Virus record (IMG/VR): IMGVR_UViG_3300032220_000965
Span: 1-27,493 of that record
Reading direction: 5' to 3' (one strand)
From: a virus
Lineage: Duplodnaviria > Caudoviricetes
Length of the DNA: 27,493 nt
A program made the position numbers and the translations under genes. The notes beneath the pieces were generated by a model. It was not told the DNA's origin. It ran no database searches and was given only the letters and a program-made list of their open reading frames with translations. Shown piece after piece: positions 7,601-16,037 of this stretch (position 1 is its first letter; each line of letters begins with the position of its first letter).

Positions 7601-9569
7601 CTAACTTAAAGTTAGAGCCACTATAAAATAATGATTGAGTAGTAGCATATGATGGAGATGCTTTGAATCTAAATTCAATACCATCTGGTACTATATCTGG
7701 GTGAGTTGTTCTTGTTTTACTTTGTGAAACGTAAGTCCAAGGGATACTTATCTTACTTGAACCTGATACTTGTAAAGCATAGTTAAATCTATCGTATTCA
7801 TATTCAAATGAAGATGTTATTTTATCCACACCACCATATTCTAATGATCCCATTATTGTTGATGGAATACCGAATATAGTATTCAAATATTGATTGAAAC
7901 GGTTGGTACCTTTAGATTTTAATAATAAAGGTAAGTTATGATATAAACGTTTGTAAATTCCTTCTTGTTGATCTTTTCCTGATAGTTGATAGTTAGAAGC
8001 ACTAACTAATGTTTGATATGAAGCAACTTGTGGTTTGAATGTACCATCAGAATTAACACCATATAAATATTGAAATACATCTTTACCATCTTGGTCTGTG
8101 TATACGTTAATACCCATTGATTGTAGAGCAAAATATACTATATCCTTAGATATACCTTGATCTAAAGCATTTTTTGCTTTATATAAATCAGTTATAGTCT
8201 TAATATGAATCCAAATATCATCAAACATTTGTCCAACAGTCGCTACAAATTTAAATACTAATTCATTATCAGTATTTTCATTTATATATCCTGGTAAGGT
8301 ATATAATAAATAGTTTTGGTTATTATCATCATATAATGAAGCTGATGTGTAACTGCTACTATACCAAGTTATGGCTTGAGAAGATGTTACTGAATAGTTT
8401 ATGTATGGTTTAGTAGAATTTTGTTTAGGCCATGTATATGAACCTGAACTATAGTATAAATATTGTTCGTAGCCATCAAAACTTTGAATTACAGAATTTA
8501 TTTTACCCTGAAATGATGCTGCATCAGCGGGAGCTGATGGAGAAGTACTTTGAGCTGCGGATGCACTTGAAGAAGTATAAAGTTCAATATTAGTTAATTT
8601 ATATTGAAATCCATCTAAACGGCGGGTAGCACTTGAATAATGAACAAAATCTTCATAGTCAGTATAATCTACATTAACATGGAAGTTAGAAGCACTTAAA
8701 TGACCAAGTAATTGTTGTAATTGAGGAGCGAATGTACCTTGGAAACTAGTTACTTGAGTAAAATTATAATATGGGGTAGGTCCTACTCTTAATTGATCTA
8801 AATCTAAATCAAAGTTGGGTCCACGTAATGAAGGATAAACTACAGGTATTGGTTCTGGAGATACTTTAACATTGAATGTTTGTGGATTTGAGAGTAAATC
8901 AACAATACTAACTAAAGTATTAACTTTAATACTTAGTGGAAGTGGGTTTAATAATTTAACTAATATTGTAGGTGTACCTGATAAAGTTGATGTAACTTCT
9001 CCTGTAGTAGGATTTACTATTTGTGTAGATGGACCTAAATCAAGAGCAGCATTAATACCTGGTAGTAAGACATTACGTCCTAAATTTATATAAAATTCTT
9101 TAAAATAAGTATTCGCTTGGAAATTTAATTGAAAATCAAAGAAATTGGATTGTAAAGTAGCAGTGTTAATTGTGTTAGTAGATAATCTAATTTCTGTTCT
9201 GTTAGCAGAAATTTCTTTAATAAAGAATGGTTTATTATTACTACGAACAATTTGTGGTTCTAATATATTATACTGAATAATAAATTCTCCATTATTTAAA
9301 CCTAAATTACTTAAATCTGTTACAGGATTAAATGATAATTCTTGTACACTAATATCTCCTGCTTTTTGAGGACCTATAGCAGGAATTGTATATCCTTTAA
9401 AATCCGGAATGTTTAGAAGAAGAGTTCCAATAGGATTTAAAACAGACATTTCTACATAATCAGTAGAAGCGTTAAAGTTTCTAACCATTTCTTTAGACGC
9501 CACTAAGTTAGAAATAGATCCTGATAGGATATTACTTGTTGAAGATATATTAGTAACAGTATTTGGCAT
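4671..9569 (-). CDS. Large baseplate wedge/tail protein with LamG (concanavalin A-like) domain
   Basis: 1632 aa; NLPLLLKSKGT resembles the 'KGT' motif of P2 gpI / T4 gp7-type wedge proteins; SWYNVLVQR...FSGSIQEVRLWS...LVARWPL is a typical LamG signature. Confidence 0.7.
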   Translation of the reverse strand: MPNTVTNISSTSNILSGSISNLVASKEMVRNFNASTDYVEMSVLNPIGTLLLNIPDFKGYTIPAIGPQKAGDISVQELSFNPVTDLSNLGLNNGEFIIQYNILEPQIVRSNNKPFFIKEISANRTEIRLSTNTINTATLQSNFFDFQLNFQANTYFKEFYINLGRNVLLPGINAALDLGPSTQIVNPTTGEVTSTLSGTPTILVKLLNPLPLSIKVNTLVSIVDLLSNPQTFNVKVSPEPIPVVYPSLRGPNFDLDLDQLRVGPTPYYNFTQVTSFQGTFAPQLQQLLGHLSASNFHVNVDYTDYEDFVHYSSATRRLDGFQYKLTNIELYTSSSASAAQSTSPSAPADAASFQGKINSVIQSFDGYEQYLYYSSGSYTWPKQNSTKPYINYSVTSSQAITWYSSSYTSASLYDDNNQNYLLYTLPGYINENTDNELVFKFVATVGQMFDDIWIHIKTITDLYKAKNALDQGISKDIVYFALQSMGINVYTDQDGKDVFQYLYGVNSDGTFKPQVASYQTLVSASNYQLSGKDQQEGIYKRLYHNLPLLLKSKGTNRFNQYLNTIFGIPSTIMGSLEYGGVDKITSSFEYEYDRFNYALQVSGSSKISIPWTYVSQSKTRTTHPDIVPDGIEFRFKASPSYATTQSLFYSGSNFKLDLLYTNTGSSNSIYTNTVGNFGYFQFKLGTTVVTSSTIPVFTTGSDGDTSWYNVLVQRRTPNLRLGQTSTSQTYDVYVKNNVWGAVGHVASASLTTTTAASNSLWYTTGSINLGSGSFPFSGSIQEVRLWSYKLNEDVFNSHVLNPESIEGNTYTSSFSDLVARWPLGNNLYTYNHTLTSSVASVAPDQKSQAFTASFASFPNKNNYTSFTETYYADVANSGYANPVTDKIRIISGSTYGTQLMPNKSIQTPDLIPITKDIHLLDASLSPQDEIDRAIIAAFGSSYSIDDIIGNPATGSYYELQPIQNEFFKKFINKYNYKDYIRLIEFFHNSLFRTLKDFTPARTNLSTGIVIKPHLLERPVIYRSEPTFTSFDITASIDTAFISASNGGNYSQSLYPITYKGNFGEVTVTSDARDFFTGELPSASIDIHAPFLSGSYNPYNSFNPNNTSSFSSSVWNYSYNPLFNNVSTSSYISTVRQKITYITSGSKLVQVLEPYAIQDFTYNYTRHNRPRYFGSRTTSANYNFYNTTTDYSFGILGPLGKNATINDNSVFFGYFSEAVATGSQLIGAPERTNLYLKYLIEESGSLTELFQRNYETVTDSQYYDLYQVQSIFKPGETANISLFDNQSPSHQKSLDGNQFIFASGIKYYPTLWKVNSGSFGQIYALPSGSSTAAYLQPTNYQIINYKIRTLIGWGGVDISIEGDVNYYPSGAPPVGYIPFDVTAEVYLDFGLGGSHVILPVLIPAKKPDGTPNYSGHFRYDRGWTVVLNGEVIRVRPTQGIDPGVVYYDTDGAPQLTVNSSDKRIVSCSAMMSTYYKDGLYMSASILTGNVNVDPTLKLYNSFSPLDYAFKLTPGDLVRFDKEQLGSTPTTKFRPENEYTILESYTTGSVIAFKLDREVQNEVTASGTPYKIDRYVFSRKITDETNIVINHQKSLGQTSAGIVKNIDLRPDIDKNVGNIVNELKSKIFSTVLKQ

Positions 9570-9570
9570 A

Positions 9571-9921
9571 TTATATTAAGTCTAATGTTCCTGGATCAAT
9601 ATTTGTTATTTGAATAATTTGATTTTTTAATTCAATATTTTCTTTTCTTAGGTAGTCAATTTCTATTTGTAAATTTTCTAATGATAAATCTAAATGTTCT
9701 AAACTTCTAGTTGCTAATCCTAAATGTGTTTCATCTGAACCTGATAGAGGTATTTGATAAAATAAAAGACTATATTGATTGAAAAACTCAGCTACTGTAG
9801 TATCTGGTTTCACAGGTTCAGGTTTTGAGTTATTTACTAATTGTGAAAATTGAGTATCAACAGTATTGTTAAACTGATCTAATGAGTAAATAGTTTTTTT
9901 TATTGTTACTTGTTCAGCCAT
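9571..9921 (-). CDS. Hypothetical structural-block protein with C-terminal coiled coil
   Basis: 116 aa, tightly packed between neighbours; LENLQIEIDYLRKENIELKNQI heptads. Confidence 0.75.
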   Translation of the reverse strand: MAEQVTIKKTIYSLDQFNNTVDTQFSQLVNNSKPEPVKPDTTVAEFFNQYSLLFYQIPLSGSDETHLGLATRSLEHLDLSLENLQIEIDYLRKENIELKNQIIQITNIDPGTLDLI

Positions 9922-9923
9922 TA

Positions 9924-11036
9924 TTAAACTGTTTGTAATACTTTGAAATAATAATCATCATCAAAAATATAAGTACCACCATCAATGATAGACTTAATTT
10001 GTATTTTATAATAACGATCAGGTTCTAATCCATTCATATACATTCTGAAATAACTACTTGTCACATCAGCACTTAATTTAGTTGCTGAAGTATCAAAATC
10101 AACTATTTTTAGATTTGTATTTAAATCTATAATTGAATAGTATGAAGCAGTAGGTAATATTTTATTATAAGGATATAATGATGTTTGTGAGTAAATTCTA
10201 GCGGGATATTTCTCTCTAGCATATACTCTAAACTTCACATATTCAGTATCATAAAATGAACTTTTATTATTCGCGATAGCGATATTTATTTCTTCATTAG
10301 GTATAGTTACTGTTGAACCCGTGTTGAATGTACTATCATTCCATTTAAACTCCAAACATGGAGGGTAAATAGTGTTGGTATCTCTAGAAAAGAAATTAAA
10401 TGTATATTTGTAATGAGGATCAAACTCAAATGAACCTGTACCAGTTGCTGAAGCAGATGTACTATTCATTATGATGAACCCGTTATTATTAATAACACTT
10501 CCTGTCCACCATCCAACAAACTTAGTTACATCTAAATTAATATCTTTAATTGAAAAGAAATCAAATGATTGAGTTACAGATGAGGTATAATAGTTACCTC
10601 CACCTGTGATAAATCCAAAGTAAGATGAAGTTACACCTGTTGGTAAACCTACTACTGTCCAAGGATTTGTTAAATCTGCTGTTCTATATTCCCAACTAGC
10701 TCCATCTGTAGTTTCAGGAATATTGTTAAAACGTCCTGTACCCATGTCCCAACTTTGGTACACAGGATGTGCTTCAATTTTAAAATTTAAAGGTATGCCG
10801 TCTACGTTAGCATTATATAATTTGAGAGATGCTGTGAAGTTAGCACCTGATTTTGATACTGCATCAGCAATATCATCATTATCAAATTTAATTAAAATAC
10901 GGCTAGTAGAAGACGAAGGATACAGAAACGGAGCATTTTTAGATAAATCCAATATGGAATCTAATCCTGCGTTTAATTCTGCGTAATCTGTATAGATTGT
11001 TGTATCCTGTGAAGGAAATATTTTGTAAACACCCAT
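9924..11036 (-). CDS. Virion protein with DNRLRE-like beta-sandwich domain
   Basis: 370 aa; pattern DTTIY...SRILIKFD...ASLKLY...QSWDMG...ASW...LDVT...NNGFII...FFSRD...PCLEFKW resembles DNRLRE/CBM96-like domains. Confidence 0.6.
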   Translation of the reverse strand: MGVYKIFPSQDTTIYTDYAELNAGLDSILDLSKNAPFLYPSSSTSRILIKFDNDDIADAVSKSGANFTASLKLYNANVDGIPLNFKIEAHPVYQSWDMGTGRFNNIPETTDGASWEYRTADLTNPWTVVGLPTGVTSSYFGFITGGGNYYTSSVTQSFDFFSIKDINLDVTKFVGWWTGSVINNNGFIIMNSTSASATGTGSFEFDPHYKYTFNFFSRDTNTIYPPCLEFKWNDSTFNTGSTVTIPNEEINIAIANNKSSFYDTEYVKFRVYAREKYPARIYSQTSLYPYNKILPTASYYSIIDLNTNLKIVDFDTSATKLSADVTSSYFRMYMNGLEPDRYYKIQIKSIIDGGTYIFDDDYYFKVLQTV

Positions 11037-11056
11037 TTATATTAGTATTATTCTAG

Positions 11057-11065
11057 TATAAATAT
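11057..11065 (-). promoter_or_regulatory. ATATTTATA motif, candidate late promoter
   Basis: Intergenic, 20 nt upstream of the ATG at 11036. Confidence 0.6.
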
Positions 11066-11081
11066 GGAATGCTTATAGAGA

Positions 11082-11681
11082 TTAAGCTAGTAAATGATGA
11101 TATTCTTTAAAGTGCTTAATACGATCAGCTAATCCAATAGTACCACCATTAACACGTTTTGTAATTTTAGTTACAACTGCGTCAGTAGCACCTTCATCAG
11201 CCATTTTATGTAAACCATTCTTGTTAAAGAACCAAGCAGCTGATAATAAAGCATATTTGTCTGCTACTGATGTTGGATCTTTTGTTAGATCTTCATTAAT
11301 GGATTTACCAAATGCTGTGTAATTATCTTTACCTGTTAATTGAATATAGCCACGACCACAGAACTTAGCGCCTTCACCTGATGTTTCAGGGCCATTACCC
11401 ATTCTATTACCATATACTTTATTGGCAATTTTTTCAGGTTGTCTAGCATATGATGCTGCTGCGGCTTCAGTTGGGAAATATTTTTTAAATGTACCTGTTA
11501 AGCCTTTAGCACTATAGTTTAAATTTTCTTTAGTTAAACGGAATCCACCTGATTCGTGACCACATTGAGCTAAGAAATGAGCTAAACGTAGTGGAGTATT
11601 GATTTGGAATTTATCCATTACTCCTGGGATTTGATCAATTACTTTATCAGGAACGTGTCCTTTTAATTTGTTTAAGTCCAT
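11082..11681 (-). CDS. Glycoside hydrolase family 19 endolysin (chitinase-like lysozyme)
   Basis: RLAHFLAQCGHESGGF, ENLNYS, YGNRMGNG, GRGYIQLTGKDNY, ITKRVNGGTIGLADR are hallmark phage GH19 motifs. Confidence 0.95.
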   Translation of the reverse strand: MDLNKLKGHVPDKVIDQIPGVMDKFQINTPLRLAHFLAQCGHESGGFRLTKENLNYSAKGLTGTFKKYFPTEAAAASYARQPEKIANKVYGNRMGNGPETSGEGAKFCGRGYIQLTGKDNYTAFGKSINEDLTKDPTSVADKYALLSAAWFFNKNGLHKMADEGATDAVVTKITKRVNGGTIGLADRIKHFKEYHHLLA

Positions 11682-11691
11682 AGTTTAATTT

Positions 11692-13575
11692 TTAATATGT
11701 TACAATACGGCCATAAATATCAGAGTCAGGATATCTTACTTCAAAGATCATTGGATCTAGAGATGGATAAACAACACCTTGTTTTGTAGCTGCTTGAATA
11801 TCATAACTGTATGTGGAATACTGTCCACCTGTTAGGTTTATAATATTTACTTTAATTACTGATTGTACACCTTTGACAGTACCTAATAAATTGTAAATAT
11901 CTGAATGTATTATTGGTTGGTTAATTTGCCATTTAGCTATATTGAAATAGTCTTTTAGAGCATTAATACATTTAGTTAATACATCTTGTGAATTATAAGC
12001 GGGTAACACAGTTATATCAAAGCTAATTTTAATATTAGTGTAATAAGCATCCTTAATAATAACAGCATCGCTCATCATTTTATTATATGATAAGTATGTT
12101 TTTAGATTTTGTTTTATAACATCTGATGCTTTTATCATTTTGCTGTTTATATCTGTTGATAAAACATAAATAGAAAGAGATAATGGATTAGTATTTAAGA
12201 AATTTTGTCGGTCAGTATCTTTTGATACTAAAGCATCTTGTGTTACATAAGCTTTACTTATATAACCATATTTAGCAGGTAATGATAAAGCACGAACTAA
12301 ATAGTCAGCTTTAGTAACGTTTCTATTTTGAGTTGGGAAATTAGCTAATGCTTGTAAACGAATTTGTTCAGTTGTTTCGCCAGGTCCACCTCCAGATGAT
12401 GGAAAAGGATTATTAAATCTAAGTGAATCTTGTACTGTTGTTACTAATGATGAATTTAAATTATAAGTATTAATAGAAGTATTAACATTATCATTTAAAC
12501 CAATATCATCTGATGGTAGGTTAGCTTCAGTACCACCGCCTACTAAATAAGTTACTGTTAAAGTAGTATTTGCTGGTGCAGAACCATATTCATTTGTATA
12601 TTGGAAATTGGATGGATCATAAGCCATAGTTAATTTACTAATACCATCCACTAAACCTATACCTACATTGTCAGGATTTGGAATAATTGTTTCATCAGGT
12701 ACTGATATGACACCACTACCAAATTCTAATTTTAAGTTATTATCATCATCAAAACGAGCAGCAAAACGTTTTTGTACTTTTTTTAAACGTAATAAGAAAC
12801 GAGCATTATCATCTTGAGTATAATAATTAGGTTCGTTTACTGGTAGATTTAATGACTCATCAAATATTGTATCTTGAGCTAAATAAGGTACTTCATACCA
12901 TTGATTATTATCACTATCAGTCACACCTAATACTTGAATAATATTAGTATCAGTTATAGTAATGATAGGAAATTGTTCTGGATTACCAAAAGTAAATTCT
13001 GTTGACTTAATTTGTCCTGATATTGCTCCTATTTGTTTTTTAAGCAAATAGTATGAAGGTTGACTATTATAAGGACCACTAGTATAGTATTGATATATTG
13101 TTACTACTGTGGGATCAAATGATGAAGAAAATCCAAAATCAATTATATCTTGAGTTAAAAATGTAATATCCGGTCTTGATGTTGATTTAATAGTTGAGTT
13201 TCTATCAACCTTTAAAACGTATCTATAATCAGGAATAAATCCATTACTTACATTTGAAGGTACAATTTGATACGCATCTAATATAACAGATGATGTTGTA
13301 GTTATTTTAGGTCTGTAACCTAAAGCATATGCTAAAGCAATAATATTCTTTCTTTCTTGAGCGTATAATAATAATGTTTCTTGTAATTGTGTATCAGTAT
13401 AAAATGATAATACATCACCTATATATGCAGCCATTTCGATAAACATGTTACCAGGAGCAGATGGACTAAAGTCCATATAACTGTTTTGGAAATATGTTTT
13501 AGCATAATTAATTAAATTTTGCTTTAGAGTACTAAAGTCTTTATCAAAATATTTTATATCTGGTTGGTTTGCCAT
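11692..13575 (-). CDS. Baseplate wedge subunit (T4 gp6 / baseplate J-like)
   Basis: 627 aa; DKDFSTLKQNLINYAK...DVLSFYTD...LAYALGY, LEFGSG, GGGPGET, QNRNVTKADY; directly follows a gp25-like gene. Confidence 0.9.
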   Translation of the reverse strand: MANQPDIKYFDKDFSTLKQNLINYAKTYFQNSYMDFSPSAPGNMFIEMAAYIGDVLSFYTDTQLQETLLLYAQERKNIIALAYALGYRPKITTTSSVILDAYQIVPSNVSNGFIPDYRYVLKVDRNSTIKSTSRPDITFLTQDIIDFGFSSSFDPTVVTIYQYYTSGPYNSQPSYYLLKKQIGAISGQIKSTEFTFGNPEQFPIITITDTNIIQVLGVTDSDNNQWYEVPYLAQDTIFDESLNLPVNEPNYYTQDDNARFLLRLKKVQKRFAARFDDDNNLKLEFGSGVISVPDETIIPNPDNVGIGLVDGISKLTMAYDPSNFQYTNEYGSAPANTTLTVTYLVGGGTEANLPSDDIGLNDNVNTSINTYNLNSSLVTTVQDSLRFNNPFPSSGGGPGETTEQIRLQALANFPTQNRNVTKADYLVRALSLPAKYGYISKAYVTQDALVSKDTDRQNFLNTNPLSLSIYVLSTDINSKMIKASDVIKQNLKTYLSYNKMMSDAVIIKDAYYTNIKISFDITVLPAYNSQDVLTKCINALKDYFNIAKWQINQPIIHSDIYNLLGTVKGVQSVIKVNIINLTGGQYSTYSYDIQAATKQGVVYPSLDPMIFEVRYPDSDIYGRIVTY

Positions 13576-13997
13576 TATTGTTTAGTTAAGTCGGTGGTTG
13601 AAACATTTATCACTAGATTATCATCTTGGTTATTTATTGAATAATCTATTATTAAGTTTACTAGATTTTCATCTGAATATTTTTTAATTCCTATATTACT
13701 AATAACAATATTAGGTACATAATTATATATTTCTTGTTCTAGTCTAACTGTTATACTATCAAAATTTGAATCAGGATCAAATAATGATGCTCTTAAATCT
13801 CCACCAAATGTTGGATCATAAAAACGTTCACCTTTATTAGTTAAAATATAATTAATTAAGTTAGATTTAACTTGTTCTTTAGTAGTAAATGTTTGATTAA
13901 AAACATTATTACCATTATTAAAAAGGACATTAATTCCAATACCTCGTTTTTGTCCAACGTCTTGTGGGTTTAGTGTATATGTAGGTCTTTTTAGCAT
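13575..13997 (-). CDS. Baseplate wedge / sheath initiator (gp25, GPW-like)
   Basis: QVKSNLINYILTNKGERFYDPTFGGDLRASLFDP is the gp25 family signature. Confidence 0.92.
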   Translation of the reverse strand: MLKRPTYTLNPQDVGQKRGIGINVLFNNGNNVFNQTFTTKEQVKSNLINYILTNKGERFYDPTFGGDLRASLFDPDSNFDSITVRLEQEIYNYVPNIVISNIGIKKYSDENLVNLIIDYSINNQDDNLVINVSTTDLTKQ

Positions 13998-14461
13998 TAG
14001 ATTTGTCCTTCTTGTTTCATTTTAGCCATTATGCCAGTAAAATCAGGCACAACATCAATTCTAACAGACTCAACACTACCTGCAGGTCTTGTATTAGCAA
14101 ACATTTGGTTTACACTTTCTACTACCATAGGTTCATTTCCATATGAGTTTCCGCTGAAACCTGCAGCATTGTCAGCTTTCATATCAGCTACTGTTCTCCA
14201 CTCACCTGAGTTTGCTGTTTCATTTAAGATTTGGTTCAAAACATCATTGTTAGAAAAACTCATTGGTTTTGAAGACTGTGTAGGTTTGGTGGGTCGTATT
14301 GATTCGACCATGGAATTTTTAACAACCGGTTTTTTGGACTCTGCCATTAATGGTTTAGACACTGGCGTCTCTAATAATAACCCCAGCTCTTCCCTTACAA
14401 CAGCTTGTACTTCTTCACGTACAACTTTTCTTAATAATTTTACGAATGTATCCGCTTTCAT
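13997..14461 (-). CDS. Hypothetical protein
   Basis: 154 aa; helical N-terminus (KLLRKVVREEVQAVVREEL); stop overlaps the gp25 start. Confidence 0.8.
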   Translation of the reverse strand: MKADTFVKLLRKVVREEVQAVVREELGLLLETPVSKPLMAESKKPVVKNSMVESIRPTKPTQSSKPMSFSNNDVLNQILNETANSGEWRTVADMKADNAAGFSGNSYGNEPMVVESVNQMFANTRPAGSVESVRIDVVPDFTGIMAKMKQEGQI

Positions 14462-14464
14462 GTT

Positions 14465-14473
14465 TATAAATAT
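14465..14473 (-). promoter_or_regulatory. ATATTTATA motif, candidate late promoter
   Basis: In the 16-nt gap, 3 nt upstream of the ATG at 14461. Confidence 0.6.
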
Positions 14474-14477
14474 TTTA

Positions 14478-15596
14478 TTATCCTAGTATTTGTTTAATTT
14501 CTTCAAGTAATTGTTCAGGTGTTTTAATTAAACTAGGCGCAGTTTGTGTAACTTTCATTTTACTAAATGCGTCTAATGCCTGATATTGTTTAGATCTGTT
14601 AGGGTATGTCACTAGGGCTAGTATGTAGGATTTACCAGTACTATTAGTATATTCATTAGTAGTTGGTGTTGATGTTGTAGCATTAGTTATAGCTCCTGAT
14701 GATTGATCATCTAAGGTGTTAAGTATAAATTTAAGTTTGTCTAATTTAGTTTTTAATTTGTTTAAAGCCATTGTAAATATGTTTACAAACATTAAAATAG
14801 AAGTTATCATTAATTTATATATATCAATATCATCTTTTAATTTTTGCATTTTTAATATCTTATCGCTTAATTGTGCTAATTCAACTCCAGCTGTTGGTTT
14901 GGAAGGAGATGGAGATGATAAATCTGCTATTATTTTTGCTTGAGTTGCTTTTAATTTAGCTATCATAAGAATTAAAATCATTTGATAAGCAGATAATGCT
15001 AAATTTAATATATTTAATATATTATTTAAAAGTGATAATATTTTTTGTAATGATAATATTGTTTGTTTAATATTATTTACTTTAGTATCAAAATTTTTCT
15101 TATATACGTTCCAATCACCTCTTTTACTAGGAGTAAAACTAAAAGAACCATTACTAACTACTAATGAACCTTTATTTTTAAGTTGTTTTTTTGTTTGAAT
15201 TGTTATGCGCTTAATTAATATGTCACCAAAATTTAATGTTCTAACAAATTGTAAAAGTATTGGTACTAATAAAGCTAGTATTTGTTTTTTAACATCTTTA
15301 ATCTTTTCTGCTGTAATAAGACTACTAGGATCTTTAGCTATTTTTTTTAATTTTTCAGCTTCTTTTTTAGCTTTTTCTTTAGCTGCTTCTAATTTTTTTG
15401 CTTCTGCTTCTGCTTTTTTAACTGCTTCTTTTTTAAGAGCTTCTGCTTTTTTTGCTGCTTTTTCTTTAAGAGCTTCTGATTTTTTAGCAAGTCTAGCAGC
15501 TTCTTTTTCAGATGCTTTTTTAGCTATTTCTTCTGAAGATGTTATATTATTTACTATGTTATTAAAATTAGGCATATTATATTGTTGATGAGACAT
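14478..15596 (-). CDS. Helical coiled-coil protein with Ala/Glu/Lys repeats and hydrophobic helices, next to the spike genes
   Basis: 372 aa; EALKEKAAKKA/EALKKEAVKKA 11-aa repeats; hydrophobic stretches ILALLVPILLQFV, LALSAYQMILILMIA, LMITSILMFVNIFTMAL. Confidence 0.75.
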   Translation of the reverse strand: MSHQQYNMPNFNNIVNNITSSEEIAKKASEKEAARLAKKSEALKEKAAKKAEALKKEAVKKAEAEAKKLEAAKEKAKKEAEKLKKIAKDPSSLITAEKIKDVKKQILALLVPILLQFVRTLNFGDILIKRITIQTKKQLKNKGSLVVSNGSFSFTPSKRGDWNVYKKNFDTKVNNIKQTILSLQKILSLLNNILNILNLALSAYQMILILMIAKLKATQAKIIADLSSPSPSKPTAGVELAQLSDKILKMQKLKDDIDIYKLMITSILMFVNIFTMALNKLKTKLDKLKFILNTLDDQSSGAITNATTSTPTTNEYTNSTGKSYILALVTYPNRSKQYQALDAFSKMKVTQTAPSLIKTPEQLLEEIKQILG

Positions 15597-16026
15597 CTGA
15601 TTTAATGTTACCTGGTTCTGCTACATCTAATTTTATATTGCTGAAAGATGATTTTAGTTGAGTAGAAGCTACTTGTAATAATGGTGAAAATGGAGGGACA
15701 GAAGCGGTTACTAAGTCACTATATATAGAAATAGCATCCATTAATTCTGTTAGTACTTCTTCTAGTTTATCTCCTTTAACAACAGGTTCTAATGTTCTAC
15801 CTTTTATAGAAATACCAAGTTGTATTTTAGGAGCATTAACAACAAATTTATTTTCCTCATCTGTACTATCATTTAAACCTACATCTATTTGTACAGTTTT
15901 ATTCGCTGCTAAATGTATAGTTTTACCTGCTAATAATTCAACATTATCTTTTCTAGCATTAAAAAACAATTGATTTGACGCTAATATTATCTGTTCACCT
16001 GTATATTCTCTTATTGGATCTGCCAT
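15577..16026 (-). CDS. Putative gp5-like spike/hub C-terminal fragment
   Basis: 149 aa; run of short beta strands (QIILASNQLFFNARKDNVELLAGKTIHLAANKTVQID...VNAPKIQLG) then EPVVKGDKL, as in C-termini of contractile-tail spike proteins; upstream of gp25/gp6. Confidence 0.6.
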   Translation of the reverse strand: MADPIREYTGEQIILASNQLFFNARKDNVELLAGKTIHLAANKTVQIDVGLNDSTDEENKFVVNAPKIQLGISIKGRTLEPVVKGDKLEEVLTELMDAISIYSDLVTASVPPFSPLLQVASTQLKSSFSNIKLDVAEPGNIKSDVSSTI

Positions 16027-16037
16027 ATATTATTTTT

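Noticed and set aside
8062-8463. Two ATATTTATA copies inside the 1632-aa gene
   Set aside because: Both arise from Q-Y-L-Y codons; a few chance hits are expected in AT-rich coding DNA.
4460-10986. Short ORFs 4460-4693, 4873-5055, 6167-6361, 8872-9093, 10723-10986
   Set aside because: They overlap well-supported long genes in antisense or alternative frames and have no recognisable motifs.
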